A stretch of 63,024 nt of DNA from Candidatus Omnitrophota bacterium (GTDB lineage Bacteria > Omnitrophota > Gorgyraeia > Aquiviventales > Aquiviventaceae), in assembly GCA_023247275.1 (NCBI GenBank), contig JAHFGT010000003.1, positions 1 to 63,024 of the forward strand. Direction: 5' to 3'. Both the position numbers and the translations under genes were made by a program. Positions 45,669 through 54,093 of the stretch are shown here, one piece after another. The first letter of the stretch is position 1. Each line of letters opens with the position of its first letter. Under the pieces are notes generated by a model. That model was not told the DNA's origin and made no database searches. It worked only from the letters and a program-made list of their open reading frames with translations.

Positions 45669-46828
45669 AATATCTCCTCCTGCGCTGTGAAGATTATGCC
45701 CGCCCGGGTGGTCAGCTCGTCAGCCTGCTCGAAGGCGCCAAGACCGAGCATCTGCACCAGTTGGCTCAGGCCGGCGCGGCCGGGCAGTTAAAGCCTCAGG
45801 CGCCAGACCAGGGAATCAATCGGTTCGCTCTGCATCGCGGGTTACTCGGACTGCGGCCAGATGATCCAGAGGCTGCGGCCAGCCGATGCTATGCCACCAG
45901 CGCCGGGCTGTCGTTGGCTGATGGCCAGACCGCCTGGTGCTGTGATTTGGTGACGCAACAAGACGGCCAGATTGTGGATCCATTGGCCGGCCAGATCCCA
46001 ACGAAGGAGAGCGCTGAGCTCCTTGACACGCTCAACCGAACACTGGGCCCAGACATCGGACGCTGGACACTGGGTTGGAACTCGCACCATGTGTTGGTCA
46101 CTCAGCCAAACGTCTTACAGGTCGACGAGCTGCAACGGCTGCCAGCCCCAGAGCAGCTCACCAGCCAGCCTTGGCGTCGCGCACTCCCGAAGTCTGCGGC
46201 TGGCCGAGCGTTGCAGTCGCTGTTGGAGCAGGCTGGGGAGCAGCTCGACAACCACCCGATCAACCGGGTGCGGACCGACCTGGGAGAAAACCCAGCCAAC
46301 TTTCTCTGGCTGTGGGGTGGGGCGGCCTCAATTCCGCAGCGCAGCTTTACAGAACGAACCGGGCTGTCCGGGGCGTTGATCTCGTCCAACTTTCCCTTGC
46401 GAGGATTCGCTGAATCACTCAGCCTTCATTGGTACACCGGCCCGTCGACGCTGCAGGATGCGCCGCTGGTCAAGCTGACCCAGCAACTCGGTCGACTCGC
46501 TCAGCAACATGATCTGGTCTACGCGCATCTTCGCGTGGACAGCCGTGACCCGGTCGAACGGCTGTGCATGATGGAGCGCTTGGACCAGCTGGTCTTCAAA
46601 CCGCTCACCGAGCTGTTGCCCACGTTAGGATCGTGGCGGTTGCTCATCGTCATCGATGATCAGCCGACACAGAGTGTGCCGTTCGTGGGCATTGGCACTG
46701 GGCTGCCGCAGCACCCGGTCGTCAAATTAACCGCGGAGAATCTTGCCGGGAGCCCGCTCGTCTTCCAAGACGGTCGGGGACTGTTCGACTGGCTGACCGA
46801 CTCGAGCAGCCACCAGGCGTCCTCATGA
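45665..46828 (+). CDS. apgM-family (cofactor-independent phosphoglycerate mutase-like) protein with degenerate metal/nucleophile motifs
   Basis: MKYLLL.., ..[22 protein letters not shown].. and ..[13 protein letters not shown].. fit the family. The expected GDGMAD, PGSD, PDExGH and DHxTP positions instead read [19 protein letters not shown] and DDQPT. Confidence 0.72.
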   Translation: MKYLLLRCEDYARPGGQLVSLLEGAKTEHLHQLAQAGAAGQLKPQAPDQGINRFALHRGLLGLRPDDPEAAASRCYATSAGLSLADGQTAWCCDLVTQQDGQIVDPLAGQIPTKESAELLDTLNRTLGPDIGRWTLGWNSHHVLVTQPNVLQVDELQRLPAPEQLTSQPWRRALPKSAAGRALQSLLEQAGEQLDNHPINRVRTDLGENPANFLWLWGGAASIPQRSFTERTGLSGALISSNFPLRGFAESLSLHWYTGPSTLQDAPLVKLTQQLGRLAQQHDLVYAHLRVDSRDPVERLCMMERLDQLVFKPLTELLPTLGSWRLLIVIDDQPTQSVPFVGIGTGLPQHPVVKLTAENLAGSPLVFQDGRGLFDWLTDSSSHQASS

Positions 46829-48093
46829 GAAGAAGGCGTTTGGTCGTCCAAAAATATGGCGGCAGCTCGGTGGCCAATCCAGAGCGTATCACCCGTGTGG
46901 CGCAGCGCGTGGTCGCCGCAAAACGCACCGGGGCTGATGTCGTCGTGGTCGTCTCAGCGCTTGGGGATACCACCGACGAGCTGCTGCAATTGGCGGCGCA
47001 GATCAGCCAAGACCCTCCTGAGCGTGAGTTGGACATGTTGATGGCCACCGGCGAGCAAGTGTCGGTCGCGCTCTTGGCGATGGCGATCCATGAGCTGGAT
47101 GAAGATGCGGTCTCTTTCACCGGCGCACAGATCGGGATTTTGACCGATGGGACGCATACCAAAGCGCGCATTGTGGCCATTCCGGCCCAACGCGTCGTGA
47201 AAGAGCTGGCGCAAAACCGGATCGTCATCGTCGCCGGATTCCAAGGCATCAACCTGAACCAAGACATCACCACGTTGGGACGCGGCGGGTCAGACCTGAC
47301 CGCGGTCGCGTTGGCGGTCGCACTCCGGGCCGATGTGTGCGAGATTTTCACCGACGTCGAGGGCGTCTACACCGCCGACCCCCGGATGGTGCCGGATGCC
47401 CGCAAATTGACAGCCATCAGCTACGATGAGATGCTCGAGATGGCTTCGTTGGGCGCTCAAGTCATGCAGGCCCGATCTATCTTCGTCGCCAAACGGTTCA
47501 ACATCCCGATCCATGTCCGGTCCAGTTTTTCACAACGGGAGGGGACGATGATCACCAAATCCGCGAAGGCGATGGAAGACATCGTCGTCAGCGGGGTCAC
47601 CTTGCAGCGGGATGAAGCCAAGGTCACTATCCGCGATGTGCCGGACAAGCCTGGCATGGCCGCAGAGATCTTCCGAGAGCTGGCGGGCAAGGGCATTAAC
47701 GTGGACATGATCGTGCAGAACGTCAGCCGCGAGGGCTCCACCGACCTCTCCTTCACCGTCGTGAAGAGCGACTTGCCATCCACGTTGCGGGTGGCGCGCA
47801 TGGTGTCGCACCGGATCGGCGCCGGCGAGGTGACGACCGATGAAGGCGTGGCAAAATTGTCGATCGTTGGGATTGGCATGCGCAGTCATTCAGGGATCGC
47901 TGCCAAAATGTTTGAATCCATGGCCCGCGAGCGAATCAACATCGAGATGATCTCCACCTCAGAAATTAAGATCTCCTGCGTGATCCGCAAGCTGCATGCG
48001 GAGCGCGCGGTCCGCGCGGTCCACCGAGCATTCGGTTTGTCTCGCGAACGCGTTGCGACTCATCGCCGACCCGCGGCGATGCTGGGCGCATAA
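46825..48093 (+). CDS. lysC: Aspartate kinase (with two ACT domains)
   Basis: ATGA overlap with the upstream gene. Contains ..[16 protein letters not shown].. and ..[15 protein letters not shown].. Confidence 0.93.
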   Translation: MRRRRLVVQKYGGSSVANPERITRVAQRVVAAKRTGADVVVVVSALGDTTDELLQLAAQISQDPPERELDMLMATGEQVSVALLAMAIHELDEDAVSFTGAQIGILTDGTHTKARIVAIPAQRVVKELAQNRIVIVAGFQGINLNQDITTLGRGGSDLTAVALAVALRADVCEIFTDVEGVYTADPRMVPDARKLTAISYDEMLEMASLGAQVMQARSIFVAKRFNIPIHVRSSFSQREGTMITKSAKAMEDIVVSGVTLQRDEAKVTIRDVPDKPGMAAEIFRELAGKGINVDMIVQNVSREGSTDLSFTVVKSDLPSTLRVARMVSHRIGAGEVTTDEGVAKLSIVGIGMRSHSGIAAKMFESMARERINIEMISTSEIKISCVIRKLHAERAVRAVHRAFGLSRERVATHRRPAAMLGA

Positions 48094-48148
48094 CCGGCGC
48101 GGTCTGTCCCGTACGCGTCGACTGACCGCCATCACACCAGGACAACCA

Positions 48149-49765
48149 ATGTCTGTGATCGAACTGTATGACACCACGCTCCGCGATGGAGCGCAGACCG
48201 AAGGGATTTCCTACTCGGTGCAGGATAAACTGCGAATCACCGAGAAGCTGGACGCCCTTGGGCTGCACACCATCGAAGGGGGCTGGCCGCTCAACCCGAA
48301 AGATGCCCAGTTTTTCCGTCAAGCTCGTCAGTTACGCCTGACCGCTCGGCTGGCCGCATTTGGCAGCACGCGACGGGCTGCCACCCCTGCGGCAGACCCG
48401 AATCTGAAATCGCTGCTTGCGGCCGAGACCAAGATCGTGACGATTTTCGGCAAGAGCTGGGACCTGCATGTGCGCGATGTGCTCAATATCAGCCTCGATA
48501 ACAACCTTCGCGTCATTGAGGACTCTGTCGCGTTTCTGAAGAAGCGTGGACGCACGGTGGTCTATGATGCTGAGCATTTCTTTGACGGGTACAAGGACAA
48601 CGCCGCGTACGCGCTCAAGACGCTGCAGGCCGCAGTGGCCGGAGGCGCTCAAACACTCGTGCTGTGCGACACCAACGGCGGCAGCCTGCCGACCGAGATC
48701 ACCGCCATCATCCACACGGCGAAGCGCGCCGTCTGGGTGCCGCTGGGAATCCACACGCACAATGACAGCGAACTGGCAGTCGCGAATGCGATCGCCGCGG
48801 TGCAGGCCGGGTGCCGACAGGTGCAGGGGACAATCAACGGGTATGGCGAACGGTGCGGTAATGCCAACCTCGTTTCCGTCATCGCGATCTTGAAAGTCAA
48901 ACTCGGGATCAACTGCCTGCCGGATGCGAAGCTGAAGGAACTCACTGAGGTCTCGCGCTACGTTGCTGAATTGAGCAACATGGCCCAACACGCGAACCAG
49001 CCATTCGTCGGCGCGGCCGCGTTTGCGCACAAGGGCGGGGTGCATGTCAACGCGGTGCTAAAAAATCCGCGGACGTACGAGCATCTTGAGCCGGCCATGG
49101 TCGGCAATGAGCGGAAGATTCTCGTGTCCGAACTGTCTGGTCGCTCATCGCTGGTGTTCAAAGCCAAGGACCTGGCGCTGGATCTGTCGAAGAACACCCC
49201 GCAGGCGAAACGGCTGCTGAAGCTGTTGCAGAATTTGGAGCATCGCGGCTACCACTTTGAAGCGGCTGAGGGGTCGCTCGAGCTGCTGCTGAAGCGGCAG
49301 TTGAAACAGTTCGCGCCGTTTTTCACGCTGGAAGGGTTTCGGATCATCATGGAAAAGCGGGACCACCGGCTGGTCTCCGAAGCCACGGTCAAGCTGCATG
49401 TCAACGGCGTGCGCGAGCAGACCGTGGCTGAAGGGGATGGGCCGGTCAACGCGCTGGACAACGCCATCCGTAAAGCGCTCAACCGGTTTTACCCGGCGCT
49501 GGCGCAGATGCACCTGACCGACTTCAAGGTGCGGGTGCTCGATGAGAAGGCCGGCACCGCGGCGAAAGTGCGCGTATTGATCCAGTCGCAAGATCCGCAT
49601 GAGTCCTGGGGCACTGTCGGCGTGTCCGAGAATATCATCGAAGCCAGTTGGCAGGCGCTCGTGGATTCGATCGAATACAAACTGCTGAAGGATCAGAAGA
49701 CAGAGGGCAGAGGACAGAAGTCAGTAAAAATACGAAAGACGAAGGCGTTGCCTCGGTCCTCATGA
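48149..49765 (+). CDS. cimA: (R)-citramalate synthase (LeuA/CimA family); 3' tail is encoded by a repeat array
   Basis: ATG 48149 gives MSVIELYDTTLRDGAQTEG.. Contains ..HTHNDSELAVAN.. and has the C-terminal regulatory domain. Confidence 0.85.
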   Translation: MSVIELYDTTLRDGAQTEGISYSVQDKLRITEKLDALGLHTIEGGWPLNPKDAQFFRQARQLRLTARLAAFGSTRRAATPAADPNLKSLLAAETKIVTIFGKSWDLHVRDVLNISLDNNLRVIEDSVAFLKKRGRTVVYDAEHFFDGYKDNAAYALKTLQAAVAGGAQTLVLCDTNGGSLPTEITAIIHTAKRAVWVPLGIHTHNDSELAVANAIAAVQAGCRQVQGTINGYGERCGNANLVSVIAILKVKLGINCLPDAKLKELTEVSRYVAELSNMAQHANQPFVGAAAFAHKGGVHVNAVLKNPRTYEHLEPAMVGNERKILVSELSGRSSLVFKAKDLALDLSKNTPQAKRLLKLLQNLEHRGYHFEAAEGSLELLLKRQLKQFAPFFTLEGFRIIMEKRDHRLVSEATVKLHVNGVREQTVAEGDGPVNALDNAIRKALNRFYPALAQMHLTDFKVRVLDEKAGTAAKVRVLIQSQDPHESWGTVGVSENIIEASWQALVDSIEYKLLKDQKTEGRGQKSVKIRKTKALPRSS

Positions 49766-49802
49766 TCCCTTCTGTCCTCTGACTTCTGTCCTCTGACCTC
49801 TG
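49691..49802. repeat. Paired heptanucleotide arrays (NNNCAGA)x5 and (NNYTCTG)x5 flanking the cimA stop
   Basis: First array: GATCAGA AGACAGA GGGCAGA GGACAGA AGTCAGT. Second array: CCTTCTG TCCTCTG ACTTCTG TCCTCTG ACCTCTG. There is a 17-nt perfect complement, CAGAGGACAGAAGTCAG. Confidence 0.7.
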
Positions 49803-49808
49803 AACGCC

Positions 49809-52538
49809 ATGGCTGACCTCCCACCGCAATATAATCCGCAAGATGTCGAACAGCCCCGCTACGAATGGTGGGAGGCGCAGCGATTCTTTCATGCTGAGCC
49901 GGATCCAAATCGCCAGTCCTACACCATCGTCATCCCGCCACCCAACGTCACCGGCATCCTGCACATGGGGCATGCGCTCAACAACACGATCCAGGACATC
50001 CTGATTCGGTGGAAGCGCATGCAAGGCCTGAATGCGCTCTGGATCCCTGGCACCGATCATGCCGGGATCGCAACCCAGAACGTCGTCGAGCGCGCGTTGG
50101 CCAAAGAAGGCAAGCGGCGGGATGACCTGGGGCGTGACGCGTTTATCCAGCGGGTCTGGCAATGGAAAGAGCAGTCTGGCAACACCATCATCCAACAACT
50201 GCGACGGCTGGGCGCGTCATGCGACTGGACCCGAACCCGGTTCACGATGGATCAAGGGTTGTCGGACGCCGTGGCTGAGGTGTTCGTGCGGCTCTACGAC
50301 AAGGGGTTGATCTATCGCGGCCAGTACATCATCAACTGGTGCCCGCGGTGCCAGACCGCGCTCGCCGATGAAGAGGCGCCGCGTCAAGAGATGCAAGGCA
50401 AGCTGTACCACATCAAGTATCCGCTCGAAGGCAAACCATCTGCATTTCTTGAAGTCGCGACCACACGACCAGAGACGATGCTGGGCGATACCGCGATCGC
50501 GGTGCATCCGGACGATGAGCGGTATCGCGCGCTGATCGGCCAGCAGGCGATCTTACCGCTGGTGAACCGGCGGCTGCCGATCATCGCCGATGAGGCGGTG
50601 GACCGCGAATTTGGCACCGGCGCGGTCAAGGTCACACCGGCGCATGACCCGGTCGACTTTCAGCTCGGGCGCAAGCACCAGCTCGAGTTCATCAACGTCA
50701 TGACGGATGATGCGCACATGACCAATGTGCCGCCAGCCTATGACGGCCTTGACCGGTATGCCTGCCGCAGCAAGCTCATTGTCGACTTAGAACAGGCCGG
50801 CGTCTTAGGAGCGATTGATGAGCATGTGCATAATGTCGGCCACTGCTATCGATGCAACACGCCGATCGAGCCTCGCCTGAGCCCGCAGTGGTTCGTGAAG
50901 ATGAAACCTCTCGCCGAGCCGGCCATCCAAGCGGTGAAAGACGGCACCATCACCTTTTGGCCAGACCGATGGACCAAGGTCTATCTCAACTGGATGGACA
51001 ATATCCAGGACTGGTGCATCAGCCGACAGATCTGGTGGGGCCACCGGCTGCCGGTCTACTATTGCAAGACCTGCGCACGACAGGCAGCGGTGCACGGGGC
51101 ACGGGGCACGGGGCACGGTGAGACATCAACCACCGTGCACCATACACCGTCAACCGTACACAAGGGAATCATTGTATCCAAAACCAGGCCGACGCGGTGT
51201 CCGACCTGCGGCAGCACTGAACTTGTACAGGATGAGGATGTATTGGACACCTGGTTCTCGTCCTGGCTGTGGCCGTTCTCGACGCTGGGCTGGCCGCAAC
51301 AGACCCCAGAGTTGGCGTATTTCTATCCGACCTCGACGCTGGTGACCGCGCAAGAGATCATCTTCTTCTGGGTCGCGCGCATGATCATGGCCGGCTACTT
51401 CTGCATGGGCCAGCCGCCGTTTCGGCAGGTGTACATCCACGGCACGGTGCGCGACATCACCGGTAAGAAGATGTCGAAGTCGCTGGGCAACATCATCGAC
51501 CCGCTGGACATCATCAAGCAGTACGGGACCGACGCCTTGCGCTATACGCTGGTGACCGCGACCGCAATCGGGCAGGATGTGTTCCTCTCTGAGGAGCGGT
51601 TCGCCGCCGGCCGCAACTTCGCGAATAAACTGTGGAACGCGACCCGGTTTGTGCTCGCACAGCCATCGCCTGCCGCTCAAGGCAACGACCAACTCGCACA
51701 GCCATCGCTCAGCGTCGCAGATCGCTGGATTGTGTCACGACTCCAACGAACCATCGGACGGGTCACCGAATCGCTGGACACGTTCTTGTTCAACGATGCG
51801 GCCAGCGCCTTGTACGATTTTCTGTGGCACGATTACTGCGATTGGTACGTTGAGGTGGCCAAACGGGCTGCTCCTGAGCAGCGAGCAACAACCCAGACGG
51901 TCCTGGTCACCGTGCTCGAACAAGCGCTGCGGCTGCTACATCCGTTGATGCCATTTGTCACCGAAGAGCTGTGGCAGCACCTCAGACAACAGGGGCACCC
52001 CGTGTCCATTATGACGGCAACATGGCCGACGATCGACCCCCGGCGGACAGACCCTGAGGCTGAGACGTTGTTTGAGCAGTTCAAGGCGGTGATCACCGCG
52101 GTCCGCACCACGCGCGCTGAGTTGAATCTGCCTGTGACCAGTCGGCCAGGCTTGTCGGTGCGAACATCAGACGCCGGAGCACGGGCGTTTTTTGAATCGC
52201 ATCAGGCGTTGCTCGAGTCGCTGGCACAGGTTGAACGCGTTGCGATCAGCGCGACAGGGGACCGGCCCAAACACGCCGCGGTGTCAATTGTTGACGGGAT
52301 CGAGGTGATGATTCCGCTGGCTGGTTTGATCGATCCGCAAAAAGAGTCGCACCGGCTGCAGCAGCGTGTCGCCGAGCTGCAGCAGGAGCTGGGTCGGGTG
52401 GACTCGCGCCTGGCCAACGAGCAGTTCACCGGCAAGGCGCCGCCAGAGGTTGTTGGCCAGGCGCGGGCCAGGCGGCAGCAGCTGGTGGACACCATCAAGA
52501 AGTTCTCAGACCACCTTGCCGTTATCCGATCGATGTGA
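49809..52538 (+). CDS. valS: Valine--tRNA ligase (with repeat-encoded insertion between the zinc-knuckle Cys pairs)
   Basis: Contains ..PPPNVTGILHMGHALN.. and ..KMSKSLGN.. C-terminal coiled coil. Confidence 0.95.
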   Translation: MADLPPQYNPQDVEQPRYEWWEAQRFFHAEPDPNRQSYTIVIPPPNVTGILHMGHALNNTIQDILIRWKRMQGLNALWIPGTDHAGIATQNVVERALAKEGKRRDDLGRDAFIQRVWQWKEQSGNTIIQQLRRLGASCDWTRTRFTMDQGLSDAVAEVFVRLYDKGLIYRGQYIINWCPRCQTALADEEAPRQEMQGKLYHIKYPLEGKPSAFLEVATTRPETMLGDTAIAVHPDDERYRALIGQQAILPLVNRRLPIIADEAVDREFGTGAVKVTPAHDPVDFQLGRKHQLEFINVMTDDAHMTNVPPAYDGLDRYACRSKLIVDLEQAGVLGAIDEHVHNVGHCYRCNTPIEPRLSPQWFVKMKPLAEPAIQAVKDGTITFWPDRWTKVYLNWMDNIQDWCISRQIWWGHRLPVYYCKTCARQAAVHGARGTGHGETSTTVHHTPSTVHKGIIVSKTRPTRCPTCGSTELVQDEDVLDTWFSSWLWPFSTLGWPQQTPELAYFYPTSTLVTAQEIIFFWVARMIMAGYFCMGQPPFRQVYIHGTVRDITGKKMSKSLGNIIDPLDIIKQYGTDALRYTLVTATAIGQDVFLSEERFAAGRNFANKLWNATRFVLAQPSPAAQGNDQLAQPSLSVADRWIVSRLQRTIGRVTESLDTFLFNDAASALYDFLWHDYCDWYVEVAKRAAPEQRATTQTVLVTVLEQALRLLHPLMPFVTEELWQHLRQQGHPVSIMTATWPTIDPRRTDPEAETLFEQFKAVITAVRTTRAELNLPVTSRPGLSVRTSDAGARAFFESHQALLESLAQVERVAISATGDRPKHAAVSIVDGIEVMIPLAGLIDPQKESHRLQQRVAELQQELGRVDSRLANEQFTGKAPPEVVGQARARRQQLVDTIKKFSDHLAVIRSM
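51092..51158. repeat. Heptanucleotide arrays inside valS: (GCACGGG)x3+1, then (CACCGTN)x4
   Basis: Units at 51092-51119 and 51131-51158. GCACGGTG at 51113-51120 pairs with CACCGTGC at 51131-51138. Confidence 0.7.
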
Positions 52539-53437
52539 GGCGGCTGATGCCACCACTTGGCCGTACACCGATCGCCGCGCTAATCCGGCTGGCCTTGCAG
52601 GAGGATGCCGCGTTCGTCGATGTGACCTCACGTAGTGTCTTGCCATCCGCCGTGCGAATCCGCGCCCGCATCATCGCAAAATCCAACGGGGTGATTGCTG
52701 GCGCACTCTACGCTGCGCAGGTGTTCAGGACGCTAGACCCGACGATTCGCTGCCACCTCGCCCATCGCGATGGCCAAGCCATCGCGGCCGGGCAGACCAT
52801 TCTCACCGTCGATGGTCGAGCCTGCTCGATCTTCGCCGCTGAGCGGACCGCGCTGAATCTCCTCGGTCATCTCTCCGGAATTGCCACACTGACCCGTGCG
52901 TATATCGACCGGGTTCGCGGCACGCGGTGCGCCATGTTCGATACTCGCAAGACACTGCCTGGACTGCGTGACGTACAGAAGTACGCGGTCCGCATGGGTG
53001 GCGGCCAGAACCATCGGCGAGACTTGCGTGAGGCGATCCTGATCAAGACAAACCACCTCAGAGCCCTCCAACGTGGTAAGGGGTTGAGGGTGACGGGTGA
53101 CGGGACCCTCCAATTGGCCGTGGCGCAAGCCAAGAGATTGAAGCCCAAACGACTCGTCGAGATCGAGGTGACTGATGTGGAGCAATTCCAGCAGGCGTTG
53201 TCCGCGCAACCGGATATCATTTTGTTGGACAACTGGCGTTTAGCCGACATCCGCCGTGCGGTACGGCTTCGGAATTCTTCACCCCACACCCCACACCCGA
53301 CACCATCATTAGAGGTTTCTGGCGGGGTCACGCTGGCCAACGTGCGCGCGATCGCCAGCACCGGCGTTGACCGGATCTCGGTCGGCCGACTCACCCACTC
53401 CGCGCCGGCGCTGGATGTCTCTCTTCAAGTCACATGA
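52535..53437 (+). CDS. nadC: Nicotinate-nucleotide pyrophosphorylase (carboxylating)
   Basis: GTG 52535 overlaps the valS stop (alternative ATG 52547). Contains ..ERTALNLLGHLSGIAT.., ..DTRKT.PGLR.., ..VEIEV.. and ..LEVSGG.. Confidence 0.9.
   Translation: MRRLMPPLGRTPIAALIRLALQEDAAFVDVTSRSVLPSAVRIRARIIAKSNGVIAGALYAAQVFRTLDPTIRCHLAHRDGQAIAAGQTILTVDGRACSIFAAERTALNLLGHLSGIATLTRAYIDRVRGTRCAMFDTRKTLPGLRDVQKYAVRMGGGQNHRRDLREAILIKTNHLRALQRGKGLRVTGDGTLQLAVAQAKRLKPKRLVEIEVTDVEQFQQALSAQPDIILLDNWRLADIRRAVRLRNSSPHTPHPTPSLEVSGGVTLANVRAIASTGVDRISVGRLTHSAPALDVSLQVT
53075..53109. repeat. Heptanucleotide array inside nadC: GGTAAGG GGTTGAG GGTGACG GGTGACG GGACCCT
   Basis: Five consecutive 7-nt units of the form GGNNNNN. 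Confidence 0.6.
53277..53304. repeat. Heptanucleotide array inside nadC: CTTCACC CCACACC CCACACC CGACACC
   Basis: Four 7-nt units, approximately the reverse complement of the array at 53075-53109. Confidence 0.6.
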
Positions 53438-53454
53438 CGATGGACCGGCAGAAC

Positions 53455-53484
53455 TTGACAGGCGAGTGACCACCGAGTTATACT
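53455..53484 (+). promoter_or_regulatory. Putative promoter of the mazEF-like pair
   Basis: TTGACA-N18-TATACT. SD AGGAGG precedes ATG 53517. Confidence 0.45.
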
Positions 53485-53516
53485 TTGGTATGAATTAAAG
53501 AATACTAGGAGGACTG

Positions 53517-53783
53517 ATGCAAAGCACAGTGAAGGTCGCCGTTAGCCTGCCGAAGGCGGAATTTCGGTTGGTCGAGCAACAGCGGCGGCGGTTGAAGGTG
53601 TCGCGGAGCGCTGTGGTCCGTGAGGCGCTCTCGCGATGGCTGGAATCGTTTCAGCAGCAACAGGCCATTCAGCAATACGTCGACGGCTACCGACGTATTC
53701 CGGAAGATACGCGAGTAGGGGCAGGGATCGAAGAACTTCAAGCGGACGCGCTGGCCCGAGACCAACAGCATGAGGCGTGGTGA
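53517..53783 (+). CDS. Ribbon-helix-helix antitoxin (MazE/CopG-like)
   Basis: ..VKVAVSLPKAEFRLVEQQRRRLKVSRSAVVREAL.. shows an RHH pattern. Overlaps the toxin gene by 14 nt. Confidence 0.72.
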   Translation: MQSTVKVAVSLPKAEFRLVEQQRRRLKVSRSAVVREALSRWLESFQQQQAIQQYVDGYRRIPEDTRVGAGIEELQADALARDQQHEAW

Positions 53784-54084
53784 GGTCTGGTGGGCTGATC
53801 TGCCACCCCCAGTAGGGCGACGGCCTGTGGTCTTGCTGTCACGCGATGAATCCTACCGCGTGAGATCTTTGGTAACCGTCGCCCTGATGACCACCATTAT
53901 TCGACATATCCCGGTCGAAGTGTCCCTTGGACCCGGAGACGGACTCTCCAAGCTCTGTGTGGCAAATCTTGACACAATTCTCACGCTCCGCAAGAGCCAG
54001 TTAACGCGTGTCATCTGCTCGCTGCAGCCAGAAAAAATCGAGCAATTAAACCTTGCGCTCAAGTTCGCACTCGCCATCCCATAA
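53770..54084 (+). CDS. mazF: MazF/PemK family endoribonuclease toxin
   Basis: Starts MRRGEVWWADLPPPVGRRPVVLLSRD.. and contains ..VALMTT.. Confidence 0.87.
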   Translation: MRRGEVWWADLPPPVGRRPVVLLSRDESYRVRSLVTVALMTTIIRHIPVEVSLGPGDGLSKLCVANLDTILTLRKSQLTRVICSLQPEKIEQLNLALKFALAIP

Positions 54085-54093
54085 CCATTGAGT

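Noticed and set aside
51092-51158. Short tandem repeats (here and at 1457, 44217, 49691 and 53075) as CRISPR arrays.
   Set aside because: The units are 7-8 nt and directly abutting, with no spacers, and there are no cas genes. They are not CRISPR.
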